Of a DNA stretch of 64,000 nucleotides, positions 47,257 to 57,293 are shown one piece after another. Both the position numbers and the translations under genes were made by a program. The stretch is from NCBI GenBank assembly GCA_905201505.1, contig CAJKOJ010000001.1, positions 8,723 through 72,722 of the forward strand, read 5' to 3'. The notes below the pieces were generated by a model. That model saw only the letters and a program-made list of their open reading frames with translations. It had not been told where the DNA came from and did no database searches. The stretch comes from an uncultured Eubacteriales bacterium (GTDB lineage Bacteria; Bacillota; Clostridia; Lachnospirales; CAG-274). Position 1 is the stretch's first letter, and the number at the start of each line of letters is the position of its first letter.

Positions 47257-47285
47257 TTGACAGTCTCTTTTGTGTGTAGTATAAT
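47257..47285 (+). promoter_or_regulatory. Sigma-A promoter of arsR
   Basis: TTGACA (47257..47262), 17 nt spacer, TATAAT (47280..47285). Confidence 0.7.
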
Positions 47286-47291
47286 AAACAT

Positions 47292-47307
47292 ATCAAAAAT
47301 ATTTGAT
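47292..47307. promoter_or_regulatory. Operator 2: ATCAAAAATATTTGAT (near-palindrome) at about +1
   Basis: Same ATCAA...TTGAT arms as operator 1. Sits between the -10 and the RBS. Confidence 0.55.
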
Positions 47308-47320
47308 GTGAGGTGAAAGT

Positions 47321-47611
47321 ATGGCAAATGATTATAAAATAGATGCAAAAATTTTTAAGGCTCTTTGTGATGAAAAAAGGCTTTGCATATTGGAACTTTT
47401 AAGAAGCGGTGAGAAGTGTGCTTGTGTTTTAATTAATAATACGCATATAAGTCAATCGGCTTTATCTTATCATATGAAAGTATTATGTGAATCCGGTATT
47501 GTAGAAAGCAGACAGGAGGGAAAATGGACACACTATAGAATTAGTAAAAGAGGAAGAGAAAATGCCATTAATCGTCTGTTAAGTATAACCTCATTTGATT
47601 TGGTGGATTAA
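47321..47611 (+). CDS. arsR: ArsR/SmtB-family metalloregulator
   Basis: 96 aa winged helix-turn-helix with ELLRSGEKCACVL (metal/metalloid-binding CxC in helix 3). Confidence 0.8.
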   Translation: MANDYKIDAKIFKALCDEKRLCILELLRSGEKCACVLINNTHISQSALSYHMKVLCESGIVESRQEGKWTHYRISKRGRENAINRLLSITSFDLVD

Positions 47612-47658
47612 ATAGAATATTTTAAATAAAGTCATCTTATAGGTGGCTTTTATAAAAC

Positions 47659-47687
47659 TTCAATACATCAAAAAATGTTGATATATA
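47659..47687 (+). promoter_or_regulatory. Possible internal promoter whose spacer contains operator 3 (ATCAAAAAATGTTGAT, 47667..47682)
   Basis: TTCAAT (47659..47664), 17 nt spacer, TATATA (47682..47687). Confidence 0.4.
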
Positions 47688-47709
47688 AAATAAAAATGGA
47701 GGTGTTTTT

Positions 47710-48723
47710 TTGAACGCATTAAAAATACTTTTTTTGTTTATTCAAGATCAGATACTTGGTATGAAATGGCTAAATGAATTAATAGGGCATTTTATTTCTG
47801 TATTGGGATTGGATATAAATACAAGATTAGGAGGCAGTATTCAATTTTTCCTTTATGATGTAATTAAAATTACAGTTTTATTATGCTTATTGATTTTCAT
47901 TATATCATATATACAAAGTTACTTTCCTCCTGAAAGAAGCAGAAAAATTTTAGGAAAGTTTCATGGTGTAGGAGCTAACATTGTTTCTGCTCTTTTAGGC
48001 ACCGTAACACCGTTTTGTTCTTGTTCATCTATACCACTGTTCATCGGTTTTACAAGTGCAGGACTTCCTTTAGGAGTAACATTTTCGTTTTTGATTTCCT
48101 CTCCTATGGTTGACTTGGGAAGTCTGGTTTTATTAATGAGTATATTTGGAATGAAAGTTGCATTTGTTTATGTTGTAATAGGACTAGTTATTGCTGTTTT
48201 AGGAGGAACTGTGATTGAAAAAATGCATATGGAAAAGTATGTTGAAGAATTTATCAAAAATAGTGGTAGTGTAGATATTGAATCTCCGGCACTTACAAAA
48301 AAAGAAAGAATTGTTTATGCAAAAGAACAAGTTGCCGGTACATTTAAGAAAGTATTTCCATATATATTGATAGGTGTTGCTATTGGTGCACTTATTCACA
48401 ATTGGATACCGGAAGTATGGATTAAATCTATATTGGGAAGCAATAATCCTTTTGGGGTTGTTCTTGCAACTTTAGTGGGTGTTCCTATGTACGCGGATAT
48501 TTTCGGGACAATTCCTGTTGCAGAGGCTTTGCTTTCAAAAGGGGCACAGCTGGGGACAATTCTCGCTTTTATGATGGCTGTAACAACTTTGAGTTTACCA
48601 TCAATGATTATGCTGAAAAAAGCTGTAAAACCAAAGTTACTGGCTTTATTTATAGCTATTTGTACAATAGGAATTATAGTTGTAGGTTATATGTTTAATT
48701 TGTTTCACGCATTTTTAATTTAA
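47710..48723 (+). CDS. ArsP-type permease (PF03773-like predicted permease)
   Basis: Polytopic, with a vicinal-Cys motif TPFCSCSSIPLF. TTG start after GGAGG. Confidence 0.7.
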   Translation: MNALKILFLFIQDQILGMKWLNELIGHFISVLGLDINTRLGGSIQFFLYDVIKITVLLCLLIFIISYIQSYFPPERSRKILGKFHGVGANIVSALLGTVTPFCSCSSIPLFIGFTSAGLPLGVTFSFLISSPMVDLGSLVLLMSIFGMKVAFVYVVIGLVIAVLGGTVIEKMHMEKYVEEFIKNSGSVDIESPALTKKERIVYAKEQVAGTFKKVFPYILIGVAIGALIHNWIPEVWIKSILGSNNPFGVVLATLVGVPMYADIFGTIPVAEALLSKGAQLGTILAFMMAVTTLSLPSMIMLKKAVKPKLLALFIAICTIGIIVVGYMFNLFHAFLI

Positions 48724-48737
48724 AATGGAGGTATAAA

Positions 48738-49076
48738 ATGAAATTATTTGGAAAAAAAGAAAAAGGTAAAACTAATTGTTTTGACAAAAATAGTATTGAG
48801 AAAACTAGGCAAAATACAGAACATATAAAATCAGAAAAAGAAATTAAAATTTTAGGTTCAGGCTGTGCAAAGTGTATTGCCCTGGAAAATTTGGTGCAAA
48901 AAGCGATAGAAGAGTCAGAGCTTGATTTTAAAATTGAACATATAACAGATTTTGTTGATATTGCAAGTTATGGCGTGATGTCAACTCCTGCACTTGTAAT
49001 AAATGGTAAGGTTGTATCCTGTGGTAAAATGCTTTCTATTGATGAAATAAAGAAAATTTTAGATGAGAATATATAG
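48738..49076 (+). CDS. Thioredoxin-fold redox-active disulfide protein (TM0996/MTH895-like)
   Basis: KILGSGCAKC CxxC motif; STPALVINGKVV. Basic N-terminal extension of about 35 aa. Confidence 0.75.
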   Translation: MKLFGKKEKGKTNCFDKNSIEKTRQNTEHIKSEKEIKILGSGCAKCIALENLVQKAIEESELDFKIEHITDFVDIASYGVMSTPALVINGKVVSCGKMLSIDEIKKILDENI

Positions 49077-49223
49077 TGATAGGGCTAAATTAAAAATATA
49101 ATTTGTTTGTGAATATATTGCTGTAAATAAGGGTAATTTGAAATTTATTATTGACAAATGTGAGTGATGAGGTTTTTTTGAAAGTATTTATTGATTAAAA
49201 AAGATTTGCACAATGAGTTAAGC

Positions 49224-49256
49224 AAAAAGGTCAGTTCAAAAGAACCGACCTTTTTT
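49224..49256. terminator. Bidirectional terminator between convergent genes
   Basis: AAAAAGGTCAGTTC-aaaa-GAACCGACCTTTTTT with one mismatch. Confidence 0.75.
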
Positions 49257-49302
49257 GTAAGCAAATGATATGAAATATTAAGAATAAGGACAATATATGG
49301 AG

Positions 49303-50229
49303 TTAATTTAATAGTTGAAGTTCGTCTGTTTCGGGGTTGTAAATGTAGTGTAACTCTTCAATGTTGGCTCTGCCGTTTGTAAAGTTAGCAACTGATAAAT
49401 AAATTTTATTGCCTGTAATATTAGTGGAATAAAGTTCATTGTGTCCTTTTTCAGGAGTAATTGTTAATATTTCCTGAAGTGTACCTACTTCATTAATACT
49501 GTAAATATTAGCTGAAAAATCACAGGCATATATTTTATTATCAATAGAACCAATAAGATCGATGGATGAGGCACCTGTTCCTGTTGTCATTCCTGTTGAC
49601 TTGTTAAGAATTGTAATACCTTGTGAAGTTTCAATATAAATGCTTTTATCATTTACTATGCAGTTATAAATATTGTTGGTTTTAGATAAATACAAGAGTT
49701 TTTTGTTTACAGGATTATTTATATTTTGTCTGTATAGTTTACTAATTCTTTTGTCACTTACGGAAAAATATATATAATCAGAGTTGATGCAATATAATCT
49801 CAGTGAATATTTATTACTGTGAGTGAGGTGTTTTGTAACCTGCAGGGTATCAGTATCAATACTGCAAAGCATATCAAAATCATCGTTTGTATGGTCAACA
49901 TAATAAATTATACCGCAGCAGTACATTACATTATCGGCATAACAATTCTTTATTAGCGTCATATCTGACAAATCCTTTTTGCAGCGGTAAATGCCTTCTT
50001 CAGCTTTATTTTCTGAAAAATATACATAATATATATAATCTTCTGTAACATAAAAATCAGCCATTCTTTCAGGCAAATAAACATCGCCTATGGGGCTATA
50101 ATTTGAATAAAGTACCCCGTCGCTTTCCATAAGTGTGCTTGAAAACGGCTCGCTGTCAGCAGCATATACAAATACACTAATAAATAAAGCCGTAAAAAAA
50201 GCAGTTAATAACCCTAAAAAATTTTTCAT
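49303..50229 (-). CDS. Secreted protein with repeated YxYY/IYF blades (beta-propeller-like; possibly DUF5050-type)
   Basis: Signal peptide MKNFLGLLTAFFTALFISVFVYA. Recurring motifs DYIYYVY, GIIYYVD, DYIYFSV, KSIYIET, NKIYACD, NKIYLSV. AGGAGG RBS before ATG 50229. Confidence 0.5.
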   Translation of the reverse strand: MKNFLGLLTAFFTALFISVFVYAADSEPFSSTLMESDGVLYSNYSPIGDVYLPERMADFYVTEDYIYYVYFSENKAEEGIYRCKKDLSDMTLIKNCYADNVMYCCGIIYYVDHTNDDFDMLCSIDTDTLQVTKHLTHSNKYSLRLYCINSDYIYFSVSDKRISKLYRQNINNPVNKKLLYLSKTNNIYNCIVNDKSIYIETSQGITILNKSTGMTTGTGASSIDLIGSIDNKIYACDFSANIYSINEVGTLQEILTITPEKGHNELYSTNITGNKIYLSVANFTNGRANIEELHYIYNPETDELQLLN

Positions 50230-50467
50230 AATAATACCTCCTGAGTTAAATTTATACATTAAGTATAAATTTAATAAATACTTTTGTCAATAAAATTTAT
50301 AATTTTACATAAATTTATTTGCTAATTGTCATGTTGGCATTAAATGCAAATGATAAAATTAATGTAGATTTTTGTAATAATTTTGCTTTAAATAAAAGGA
50401 ATAAAACTATTGATTTTTAAGGAATATTGTACTAATATTAATATAAATAAAGTATAGGGAGAATATT

Positions 50468-51325
50468 ATGGATTTATCAATAGTTATTGTGAATTACAAT
50501 ACAAGAATTCTGACTACCCAGACAGTTAAGTCAGTCATTGCTTCAACAAGAGGCATTGATTATGAAATCATTGTAGTTGACAACTCATCAAAGGTAAGTG
50601 AATATTTTGAAATGGAGGATAAACGTATAAAAATTCTCTCTAAAGTTGATAACAAAGGCTTTGGACATGCCTGCAATATTGGGGCAAATATTGCAATTGG
50701 CAGATATATATTGTTCCTTAATTCAGATACAATAATGTCAGATGGTACGCTTAAAGGTGCTGTTGAATATATGGATATGCACAGTGATATTGGATGTCTG
50801 GGAATAAAAACTTTGTTAAAGGACGGAAGCTTTGACCACGGATGCAAAAGGGGGTTTCCAACACCGTTTAACAGCTTGTGCTATGTGCTGAAGTTAGATA
50901 AGATGTTCCCTAAAATTCAGAAATTCGGTGGATATACTCTTAATTATTTAAGCCCGGATGAAACAAATGAAGTTGACAGTGTAAGCGGTGCATTTATGTT
51001 AATTCCAAGAAGAGTAATAGGCAAAGTCGGTTTGTTTGATGAAAGCATATTTATGTATGGGGAGGATATTGACCTTTGTTACAGAATAAAGCAGGCAGGT
51101 TTTAAGGTTGTTTATTATGCTGATGTGAGTATGACCCACCTTAAAGGGCAGAGTGGTCTGCATACAAAAAATACTTTGGTAATAAAGCATTTTCATAACG
51201 GAATTAAAAGATTTTATGATATGTATTACCGTGATAAACACAATATAGCAGTAACATTTTTAATGCATTTGGCAATTAATATAAGATACATTTTAGCTTT
51301 AGCAGTTTCAAAGATAAGAAGGTAA
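50468..51325 (+). CDS. Family 2 glycosyltransferase
   Basis: SIVIVNYNT ... VVDNSS ... LNSDT (DxD-like) ... GEDIDLCYR. Confidence 0.8.
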   Translation: MDLSIVIVNYNTRILTTQTVKSVIASTRGIDYEIIVVDNSSKVSEYFEMEDKRIKILSKVDNKGFGHACNIGANIAIGRYILFLNSDTIMSDGTLKGAVEYMDMHSDIGCLGIKTLLKDGSFDHGCKRGFPTPFNSLCYVLKLDKMFPKIQKFGGYTLNYLSPDETNEVDSVSGAFMLIPRRVIGKVGLFDESIFMYGEDIDLCYRIKQAGFKVVYYADVSMTHLKGQSGLHTKNTLVIKHFHNGIKRFYDMYYRDKHNIAVTFLMHLAINIRYILALAVSKIRR

Positions 51326-51328
51326 CTT

Positions 51329-52234
51329 ATGATGAAAGTTGAAATTTTAATGGCAGTATATAATGGTGAAAAATACATTGACAGGCAAATTGAAAGTATT
51401 ATTGAACAGACTTATCAGGATTGGACGCTTTATATAAGAGATGATGCGTCAACTGATAATACAATGGTAGTTGTGAGACAGTATGCAAGAAAATATCCTG
51501 ACAAAATAAAATTTTTTGTAAACCGTGAAAATTCCGGAAGTCCAAAGTCTAACTTTTTTGAAATGATCAGGGGTTCTCAAGCTGATATTGTTTTTACATG
51601 TGATCAGGACGATATATGGGAAAATGATAAAATAGAAGTAACATTAAAGGAATTTGAAAACATAGACCGTCCTTTGCTTGTACATACTGATTTAACAGTT
51701 ATTGATGAGAATGAAAAGGTTTTGTCAAAGTCAATGATTAAAAGTCAGCATATAGATATAACAAAGAATGCTTTGAATAATTTGCTTGTGCAGAATATTG
51801 TTACAGGATGTACTATGGCATTTAACAGAGCTTTAATTGACATTTTAAGAGAGCCTGATATGATACCTGTCCATGATTGGTGGATTGCTGCAACGGCGGC
51901 TGTATTTGGAGAAATCAGATTTATTGATAAATGTACGGTAAGATATAGGAAGCATAGTAATAATGTATGCGGTGCACAGAATATGGATAGTATTGGTTAC
52001 ATTGCCAGGAGGGCAGCAGACAGAGACAGAGCTAGAAAAATGCTTGAGTTTGGATATGTGTTGGCTGTAGAGTTAATGGAAAAATATAAAATGCCATATA
52101 AATATAATTCTATGTTAAAAGATTATGCAGGAATGGCAGAGAAAAATAAGATACAGAAAATAATAACTGTCTGTAAATATGGTGTGTGGAAAAGCGGATT
52201 AATAAGAAAAGCTGGACAAATAATTTTTATGTAA
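51329..52234 (+). CDS. Family 2 glycosyltransferase
   Basis: ILMAVYNGEKYI ... IRDDASTDNT ... CDQDDIW. Confidence 0.8.
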   Translation: MMKVEILMAVYNGEKYIDRQIESIIEQTYQDWTLYIRDDASTDNTMVVVRQYARKYPDKIKFFVNRENSGSPKSNFFEMIRGSQADIVFTCDQDDIWENDKIEVTLKEFENIDRPLLVHTDLTVIDENEKVLSKSMIKSQHIDITKNALNNLLVQNIVTGCTMAFNRALIDILREPDMIPVHDWWIAATAAVFGEIRFIDKCTVRYRKHSNNVCGAQNMDSIGYIARRAADRDRARKMLEFGYVLAVELMEKYKMPYKYNSMLKDYAGMAEKNKIQKIITVCKYGVWKSGLIRKAGQIIFM

Positions 52235-52261
52235 TTATAAACGGAAATGAGGTAAGAGCAA

Positions 52262-53644
52262 ATGCTTTTAAATAAAATTGTTAATTATGGTAAGAATAGA
52301 GGCTTTAGAGCTCTTACTCTTAAAATAGGTGAAAGAATTAAATACAAAATAGAAACAGATAAATATATGAGAGAGAATATTCCTGATGATGAAACGCTTA
52401 AAATGCAGAGACTTGAAAAATTTGAAAAGCCTGTTAAAATCAGTGTTTGTGTTCCTGTTTATAATACTGATAAAAAGATGCTTGAAGATATGCTTATGTC
52501 TGTTTTAAATCAGACATATTCAGACTGGGAACTCTGTATTGCCGACGGCAGTACCAGTAATTATGGATATATTGAAAGTATAGTAAGAGGAATAAACGAT
52601 AAAAGAATTAAATATGAAAAACTTGATATAAATATGGGTATTGCAGACAACAGTAATGCCGCCTGTTCTCTGGCAACAGGTGAATATATTGCATTGCTTG
52701 ACCATGATGATGTGTTGTCTCCCGATGCTTTGTATGAGGTAAGGCTTGCAATTGACAAAGGTGCTGATTATATATACAGTGATGAAGCCAGCTTTTCTAA
52801 AAGTTATCAAAATCCTGATATTATTCATTTTAAACCTGAGTTTTCTATGTTTAATTTAAGGGGTAATAATTATATATGTCATTTGTCAGTATTTAAAAGA
52901 AAAAAATTTGAAGAAGTCGGAGGATTCAGAAGAGGATTTGACGGAAGTCAGGATCATGATCTTATTTTAAGACTTTGTGAAGTTTCTGAATATATATATC
53001 ATATACCTAAAGTACTTTACTATTGGAGAGTACACAACAATTCTGTTGCAAGTGATATAAGTGTTAAGCCATATTGTATAACTACAGGCATAATGGCTGT
53101 GGAAAGTCATTTAAACAGAATGAAAATAAGCGGCACAGTATCAACTGCTGTTGAAAATGCTGCTGTGTACAGAGTAAAGTATACCTGTCTTATTAAGCCG
53201 GCAATAATCAATAATATTGAAAATATAAAGGGAGTAACAAATGAGTATATTATTGTTGCAAAGCCTGATTTAAAATTTGGTGCAGGTGCAGTAAATGAGA
53301 TATGTCAGATTTTGCAGCTTGAAAATGTTGGTATGGTAGGCGGAATGGTTGTGAAAAACGGCAAAATACAGCATGCAACTCTTACTGAGAAAAACGGCAA
53401 AGTATATTCGGAGTATGCAGGAACGTCTATAATGAGTGATGGATATATGAAAAGGCTCAAGTATGCTCAGGGGGCAGATTATCTGCCTTGCCAGTTTTTT
53501 GGCATAAGAAAATCTGTACTTGAAAATATGATGTATTTTGAAGATAACCTTTGGGAAGATGACAAAGTTATGGATATGTGCAGAAAGTTGAAAAAGTATA
53601 ATTATGATATTGTTTTTAATCCATGGGCTGTTGCTGAAAGGTGA
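52262..53644 (+). CDS. Family 2 glycosyltransferase with extra C-terminal domain
   Basis: ISVCVPVYNT ... IADGSTS ... LDHDDVL ... GSQDHDLILR. Confidence 0.8.
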   Translation: MLLNKIVNYGKNRGFRALTLKIGERIKYKIETDKYMRENIPDDETLKMQRLEKFEKPVKISVCVPVYNTDKKMLEDMLMSVLNQTYSDWELCIADGSTSNYGYIESIVRGINDKRIKYEKLDINMGIADNSNAACSLATGEYIALLDHDDVLSPDALYEVRLAIDKGADYIYSDEASFSKSYQNPDIIHFKPEFSMFNLRGNNYICHLSVFKRKKFEEVGGFRRGFDGSQDHDLILRLCEVSEYIYHIPKVLYYWRVHNNSVASDISVKPYCITTGIMAVESHLNRMKISGTVSTAVENAAVYRVKYTCLIKPAIINNIENIKGVTNEYIIVAKPDLKFGAGAVNEICQILQLENVGMVGGMVVKNGKIQHATLTEKNGKVYSEYAGTSIMSDGYMKRLKYAQGADYLPCQFFGIRKSVLENMMYFEDNLWEDDKVMDMCRKLKKYNYDIVFNPWAVAER

Positions 53645-53685
53645 CCTTATATTTGGCTTTAAAAGCCAAATATAAGGTTTTTTTG
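53645..53685 (+). terminator. Strong rho-independent terminator
   Basis: CCTTATATTTGGCT-ttaaa-AGCCAAATATAAGG followed by TTTTTTT. Confidence 0.85.
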
Positions 53686-53687
53686 AT

Positions 53688-55019
53688 TTATGTTGTTTTC
53701 CAAATCCGACACTGCTTTATGTAAAGATATATGCCGACTGTATCTGTTATAATTTCTGTTAGCGGAAATGTAAGCCATACATAGTTGAGTCCTATAAATG
53801 AAAATATAAATGCCAAAGGTACTAGCAAAAAAACTTGTCTTAATAATGTTAATATTATACTTGGAGCAGCCTTTCCAATTGCCTGAAAAAATACAGGAAG
53901 CATAAGAGATACAACAGCAGGAATAAAGCTTAGAGCAATAATTCGCAGTGCTGTAATCCCAAGACGGATTACTTCTGAATCTTTTGAAAAAATTCCTAGA
54001 AGTTGTCCTGGAATAATTTCAAATGCTGCAATACCTACAATCATAAATACTGAAGATAAAATTCCTGCCTGCAAAATTATTTTTTTACATCGGTCAAATC
54101 TGGATATGGCATTATTATAGCTTAATATTGGTACTATACATGTCTGAAGTCCCATGAGGGGAATAAAGAAAAATGACTGAAGTTTGTAATATAAACCAAG
54201 TACAGTGACAGCTGCATCAGAAAATGATACCAATATTAAATTCAGTCCTATGATATATACTGTATACATTGTCTGCATAACTATAGAAGGAAATCCCACT
54301 TGATATATACGTCTTATGTATATAAACATTTTTTTAATTACAGGTGGGCGGTATATACAGTTTATACCTGTTATAATGGCAGCAGCTATTTGTCCTATGA
54401 CTGTGGCAATTGCTGCACCCGCAATTCCTAAAGGAGGAATAATACCGATTCCAAAAATTAATACAGGGTCTAAAATTATATTTATAATTGCTCCTGAAAC
54501 CTGAGCAATCATCGTTCTTTTCATATTTCCTTTTGCTTGATGAATTTTTGACCAGGTACTTTCCAGAAAAAGCCCGAGACTTCCGATACATACAATTCTT
54601 CCGTATATAAAGGCTTGGTAAATTGTTTCCTGTGATTCTGCTGATACCTGAACGTAGGGTTTCATAAATATGAAAGAGAGCACTGCCATTACAGACCAGT
54701 TAAAAATTGCAAGCACAATTCCTGTCCCGGCTGTTTCCTCCGCTTTTATTATGGATTTCTCGCCGTAAAATCTTGCCATAAGTGTGTTTATACCCACACC
54801 TGTTCCTATGCCGAAAGCCATAATAAGAAGTTGAATGGGATATATAATAGAAAGGGCAGTAAGGCCTGTTTCTGAATATAATCCTACAAAATAACTGTCT
54901 ACTATATTGTATAGAGACTGAATCAGCTGTGCCAGCATTATAGGAGGAGCTAGCTTTCCAAGTATTTTCCAAATCTTTTCACTGCCGAAAAAACTGTTGG
55001 TTTTAAAATTGTCATTCAT
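53688..55019 (-). CDS. MATE-family efflux transporter
   Basis: 443 aa, about 12 TM segments, N-terminal LAPPIMLAQLIQSLYNIVDSYFVG typical of MATE proteins. Confidence 0.8.
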   Translation of the reverse strand: MNDNFKTNSFFGSEKIWKILGKLAPPIMLAQLIQSLYNIVDSYFVGLYSETGLTALSIIYPIQLLIMAFGIGTGVGINTLMARFYGEKSIIKAEETAGTGIVLAIFNWSVMAVLSFIFMKPYVQVSAESQETIYQAFIYGRIVCIGSLGLFLESTWSKIHQAKGNMKRTMIAQVSGAIINIILDPVLIFGIGIIPPLGIAGAAIATVIGQIAAAIITGINCIYRPPVIKKMFIYIRRIYQVGFPSIVMQTMYTVYIIGLNLILVSFSDAAVTVLGLYYKLQSFFFIPLMGLQTCIVPILSYNNAISRFDRCKKIILQAGILSSVFMIVGIAAFEIIPGQLLGIFSKDSEVIRLGITALRIIALSFIPAVVSLMLPVFFQAIGKAAPSIILTLLRQVFLLVPLAFIFSFIGLNYVWLTFPLTEIITDTVGIYLYIKQCRIWKTT

Positions 55020-55163
55020 TTAAAGTATCCTTCCAAGATGATTAATAGAAAAAATAATTATAAACAAATAATAACATAAAAGATTATTATATACAATATT
55101 TGAAAGAAGATAATATGCAACAAAAATAATTGCTTAATAAAGTTTAAATTTGGAAAATTTATC

Positions 55164-55192
55164 TTGACAATTATTGTTTGCTATGATATCAT
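55164..55192 (+). promoter_or_regulatory. Sigma-A promoter of the leuA leader
   Basis: TTGACA (55164..55169), 17 nt spacer, TATCAT (55187..55192), with upstream TGa (extended -10). Confidence 0.55.
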
Positions 55193-55204
55193 TAATTCAT
55201 CAAT

Positions 55205-55480
55205 ATGGTAACACTATGATAAGGAGTAGTAGGTTGCTTGAGGATTTTAAGAGAGCCGACGGTTGGTGTAAGCCGGTAATCCAATTTGACTGAACTCGCC
55301 TTTGAGTGGCTGTGCTGAAATTACAGTAGGGACAGACGGAGGCTCACCGATACAGGAGCAGGTTATCAGCGGTTTTATGCTCGTAACTGATAGAGTGCAT
55401 TACTTTTGTAATGAATTAGAGTGGTACCACGGAGTATTTTACAGTCTTCGTCTCTTATTAAGAGATGAAGACTTTTTTTA
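55205..55480 (+). promoter_or_regulatory. T-box riboswitch leader (Leu; specifier CTC at 55295..55297)
   Basis: AGAGAGCCGACGGTTGGTG stem I top. T-box AATTAGAGTGGTACCACGG (55414..55432). Terminator AGTCTTCGTCTCTT-atta-AGAGATGAAGACT followed by TTTTTTT. Confidence 0.85.
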
Positions 55481-55538
55481 TTGTACTCTGAATTGATATA
55501 GACAGTATAGTAATAATTTTTTTGAGAGGAGAAAAACT

Positions 55539-57188
55539 ATGAATTTTAATCGTTACAGACAGTTTCCACCGGTAAATTTACCTGACAGACAATGGCCTTC
55601 AAAGGTAATAGAAAAGGCTCCTATATGGTGCAGTGTTGATCTTAGAGACGGTAATCAGGCTCTTGAAAAACCTATGAATTTAAATCAAAAAATTAATTTC
55701 TTTAAATATCTTGTATCTCTTGGTTTTAAGGAAATAGAAGTTGGTTTCCCTGCTGCAAGTGATACAGAATATTTGTTTTGCAGAACATTAATTGAACAGA
55801 ATTTAATACCTGAAGATGTAACAATTCAGGTGCTGACACAGAGCAGAGAACATATAATTAAAAAGACATTTGAGGCTCTTAATGGTGTGCATAGAGCTAT
55901 TGTTCATCTTTATAATTCAACATCAACATTGCAAAGAGATGTTGTGTTTAACAAATCAAAAGAAGAAATAAAGGATCTTGCTGTATTTGGTGCTAAATTA
56001 GTTGATGAACTGGCTGAAGAATATGGCAGAGACAGATTTATATTTGAGTATTCGCCTGAAAGTTTTTCTGGTACAGAGCTTGACTATGCTGTAGAAATTT
56101 CTGATGCAGTGTTTGATGTTTGGAAGCCTACTGCTGATAAAAAGGTTATTTTAAATCTGCCAAATACTGTTGAAATGTCAACACCTAATGTATATGCTGA
56201 CCAAGTTGAATATGTATGCAGAAATATAAAAAACAGAGAAAATATTATTATAAGTCTTCATGCACACAATGACAGGGGTTGTGCAGTTGCTGCAAGTGAA
56301 TTGGGCATGATGGCAGGTGCTGACAGAGTTGAAGGTACATTGTTTGGCAACGGTGAAAGAACAGGTAATGCTGATATAATGGTTATTGCACTTAATATGT
56401 TTTCACAAGGTGTTGATCCTGAACTGGATTTCAGCAATATAAATGAAGCCATTGAAATATATGAAGCTTCAACAGGTCTTGATGTTCATCCAAGACATCC
56501 TTATGCAGGTGATTTGGTTTATACTGCTTTCTCAGGCTCTCATCAGGACGCTATTAAGAAGGGTATGGCTAAGATGATTGAACATCCTGACAGGTGGGAA
56601 GTTCCTTATTTGCCAATAGATCCTATTGATGTGGGCAGAAACTATGACCCTATTATAAGAATTAACTCTCAGTCAGGTAAAGGCGGAGTAGCTTATATTC
56701 TTGAAACACATTATGGATTGCATATTCCTAAGACTATGCAGCAGGACTTTGGTGCAAAGGTTACTCAGGTCTCTGTTGATATGGATAAAGAGCTTTCTCA
56801 TGAAGAAATTTATAATTTATTTATGGAGAACTACTGTGTTACAGAGCCATTGTCAGTAATTTATTACACTGAACAAAGTTCTGATGAACATGTTGATTTG
56901 GAGAGCAGAGTGCTGTATAGAGGCAAGGAAATGACTATAAAGGGTTCAGGCAATGGTATTGTAGATGCTTTCTGCAAGGCTGTTATGGACGAATTTAATG
57001 TTACATTTGAAATTTCTGATTATTCACAGCATTCACTTGCTTACGGAAATAAATCAAAGGCTATATCTTATGTACAGGTTTATGATTGTAATCACCAGCC
57101 GCATTTTGCTGTAGGCATAAGCTCCAACACTGCTAAGAGTTCTGTAAGAGCTATTGCAAGTGCTATAAATCAGTTTAAAAAAATCTAA
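55539..57188 (+). CDS. leuA: 2-isopropylmalate synthase (long form)
   Basis: WCSVDLRDGNQAL, HAHNDRGCAVA, C-terminal LeuA dimerisation/regulatory domain. 549 aa. Confidence 0.85.
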   Translation: MNFNRYRQFPPVNLPDRQWPSKVIEKAPIWCSVDLRDGNQALEKPMNLNQKINFFKYLVSLGFKEIEVGFPAASDTEYLFCRTLIEQNLIPEDVTIQVLTQSREHIIKKTFEALNGVHRAIVHLYNSTSTLQRDVVFNKSKEEIKDLAVFGAKLVDELAEEYGRDRFIFEYSPESFSGTELDYAVEISDAVFDVWKPTADKKVILNLPNTVEMSTPNVYADQVEYVCRNIKNRENIIISLHAHNDRGCAVAASELGMMAGADRVEGTLFGNGERTGNADIMVIALNMFSQGVDPELDFSNINEAIEIYEASTGLDVHPRHPYAGDLVYTAFSGSHQDAIKKGMAKMIEHPDRWEVPYLPIDPIDVGRNYDPIIRINSQSGKGGVAYILETHYGLHIPKTMQQDFGAKVTQVSVDMDKELSHEEIYNLFMENYCVTEPLSVIYYTEQSSDEHVDLESRVLYRGKEMTIKGSGNGIVDAFCKAVMDEFNVTFEISDYSQHSLAYGNKSKAISYVQVYDCNHQPHFAVGISSNTAKSSVRAIASAINQFKKI

Positions 57189-57211
57189 AGATTGGTAAAT
57201 AATATATTTAT

Positions 57212-57243
57212 AAAGACTGTTGACATTGTTGACAGTCTTTTGT
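57212..57243 (+). terminator. Terminator after leuA; overlaps the -35 of spoVS
   Basis: AAAGACTGT ... ACAGTCTTT followed by T. The second arm contains TTGACA (57229..57234); TAGAAT lies at 57251..57256. Confidence 0.6.
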
Positions 57244-57293
57244 ATATGAATAGAATAATATGGATACAATAGCCTTAAAAGGAGGTTATTGTT

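Noticed and set aside
55302-55496. 64-aa ORF upstream of leuA.
   Set aside because: It lies entirely inside the Leu T-box leader, spanning stem I through the terminator. It has no RBS, so it is an RNA element rather than coding sequence.
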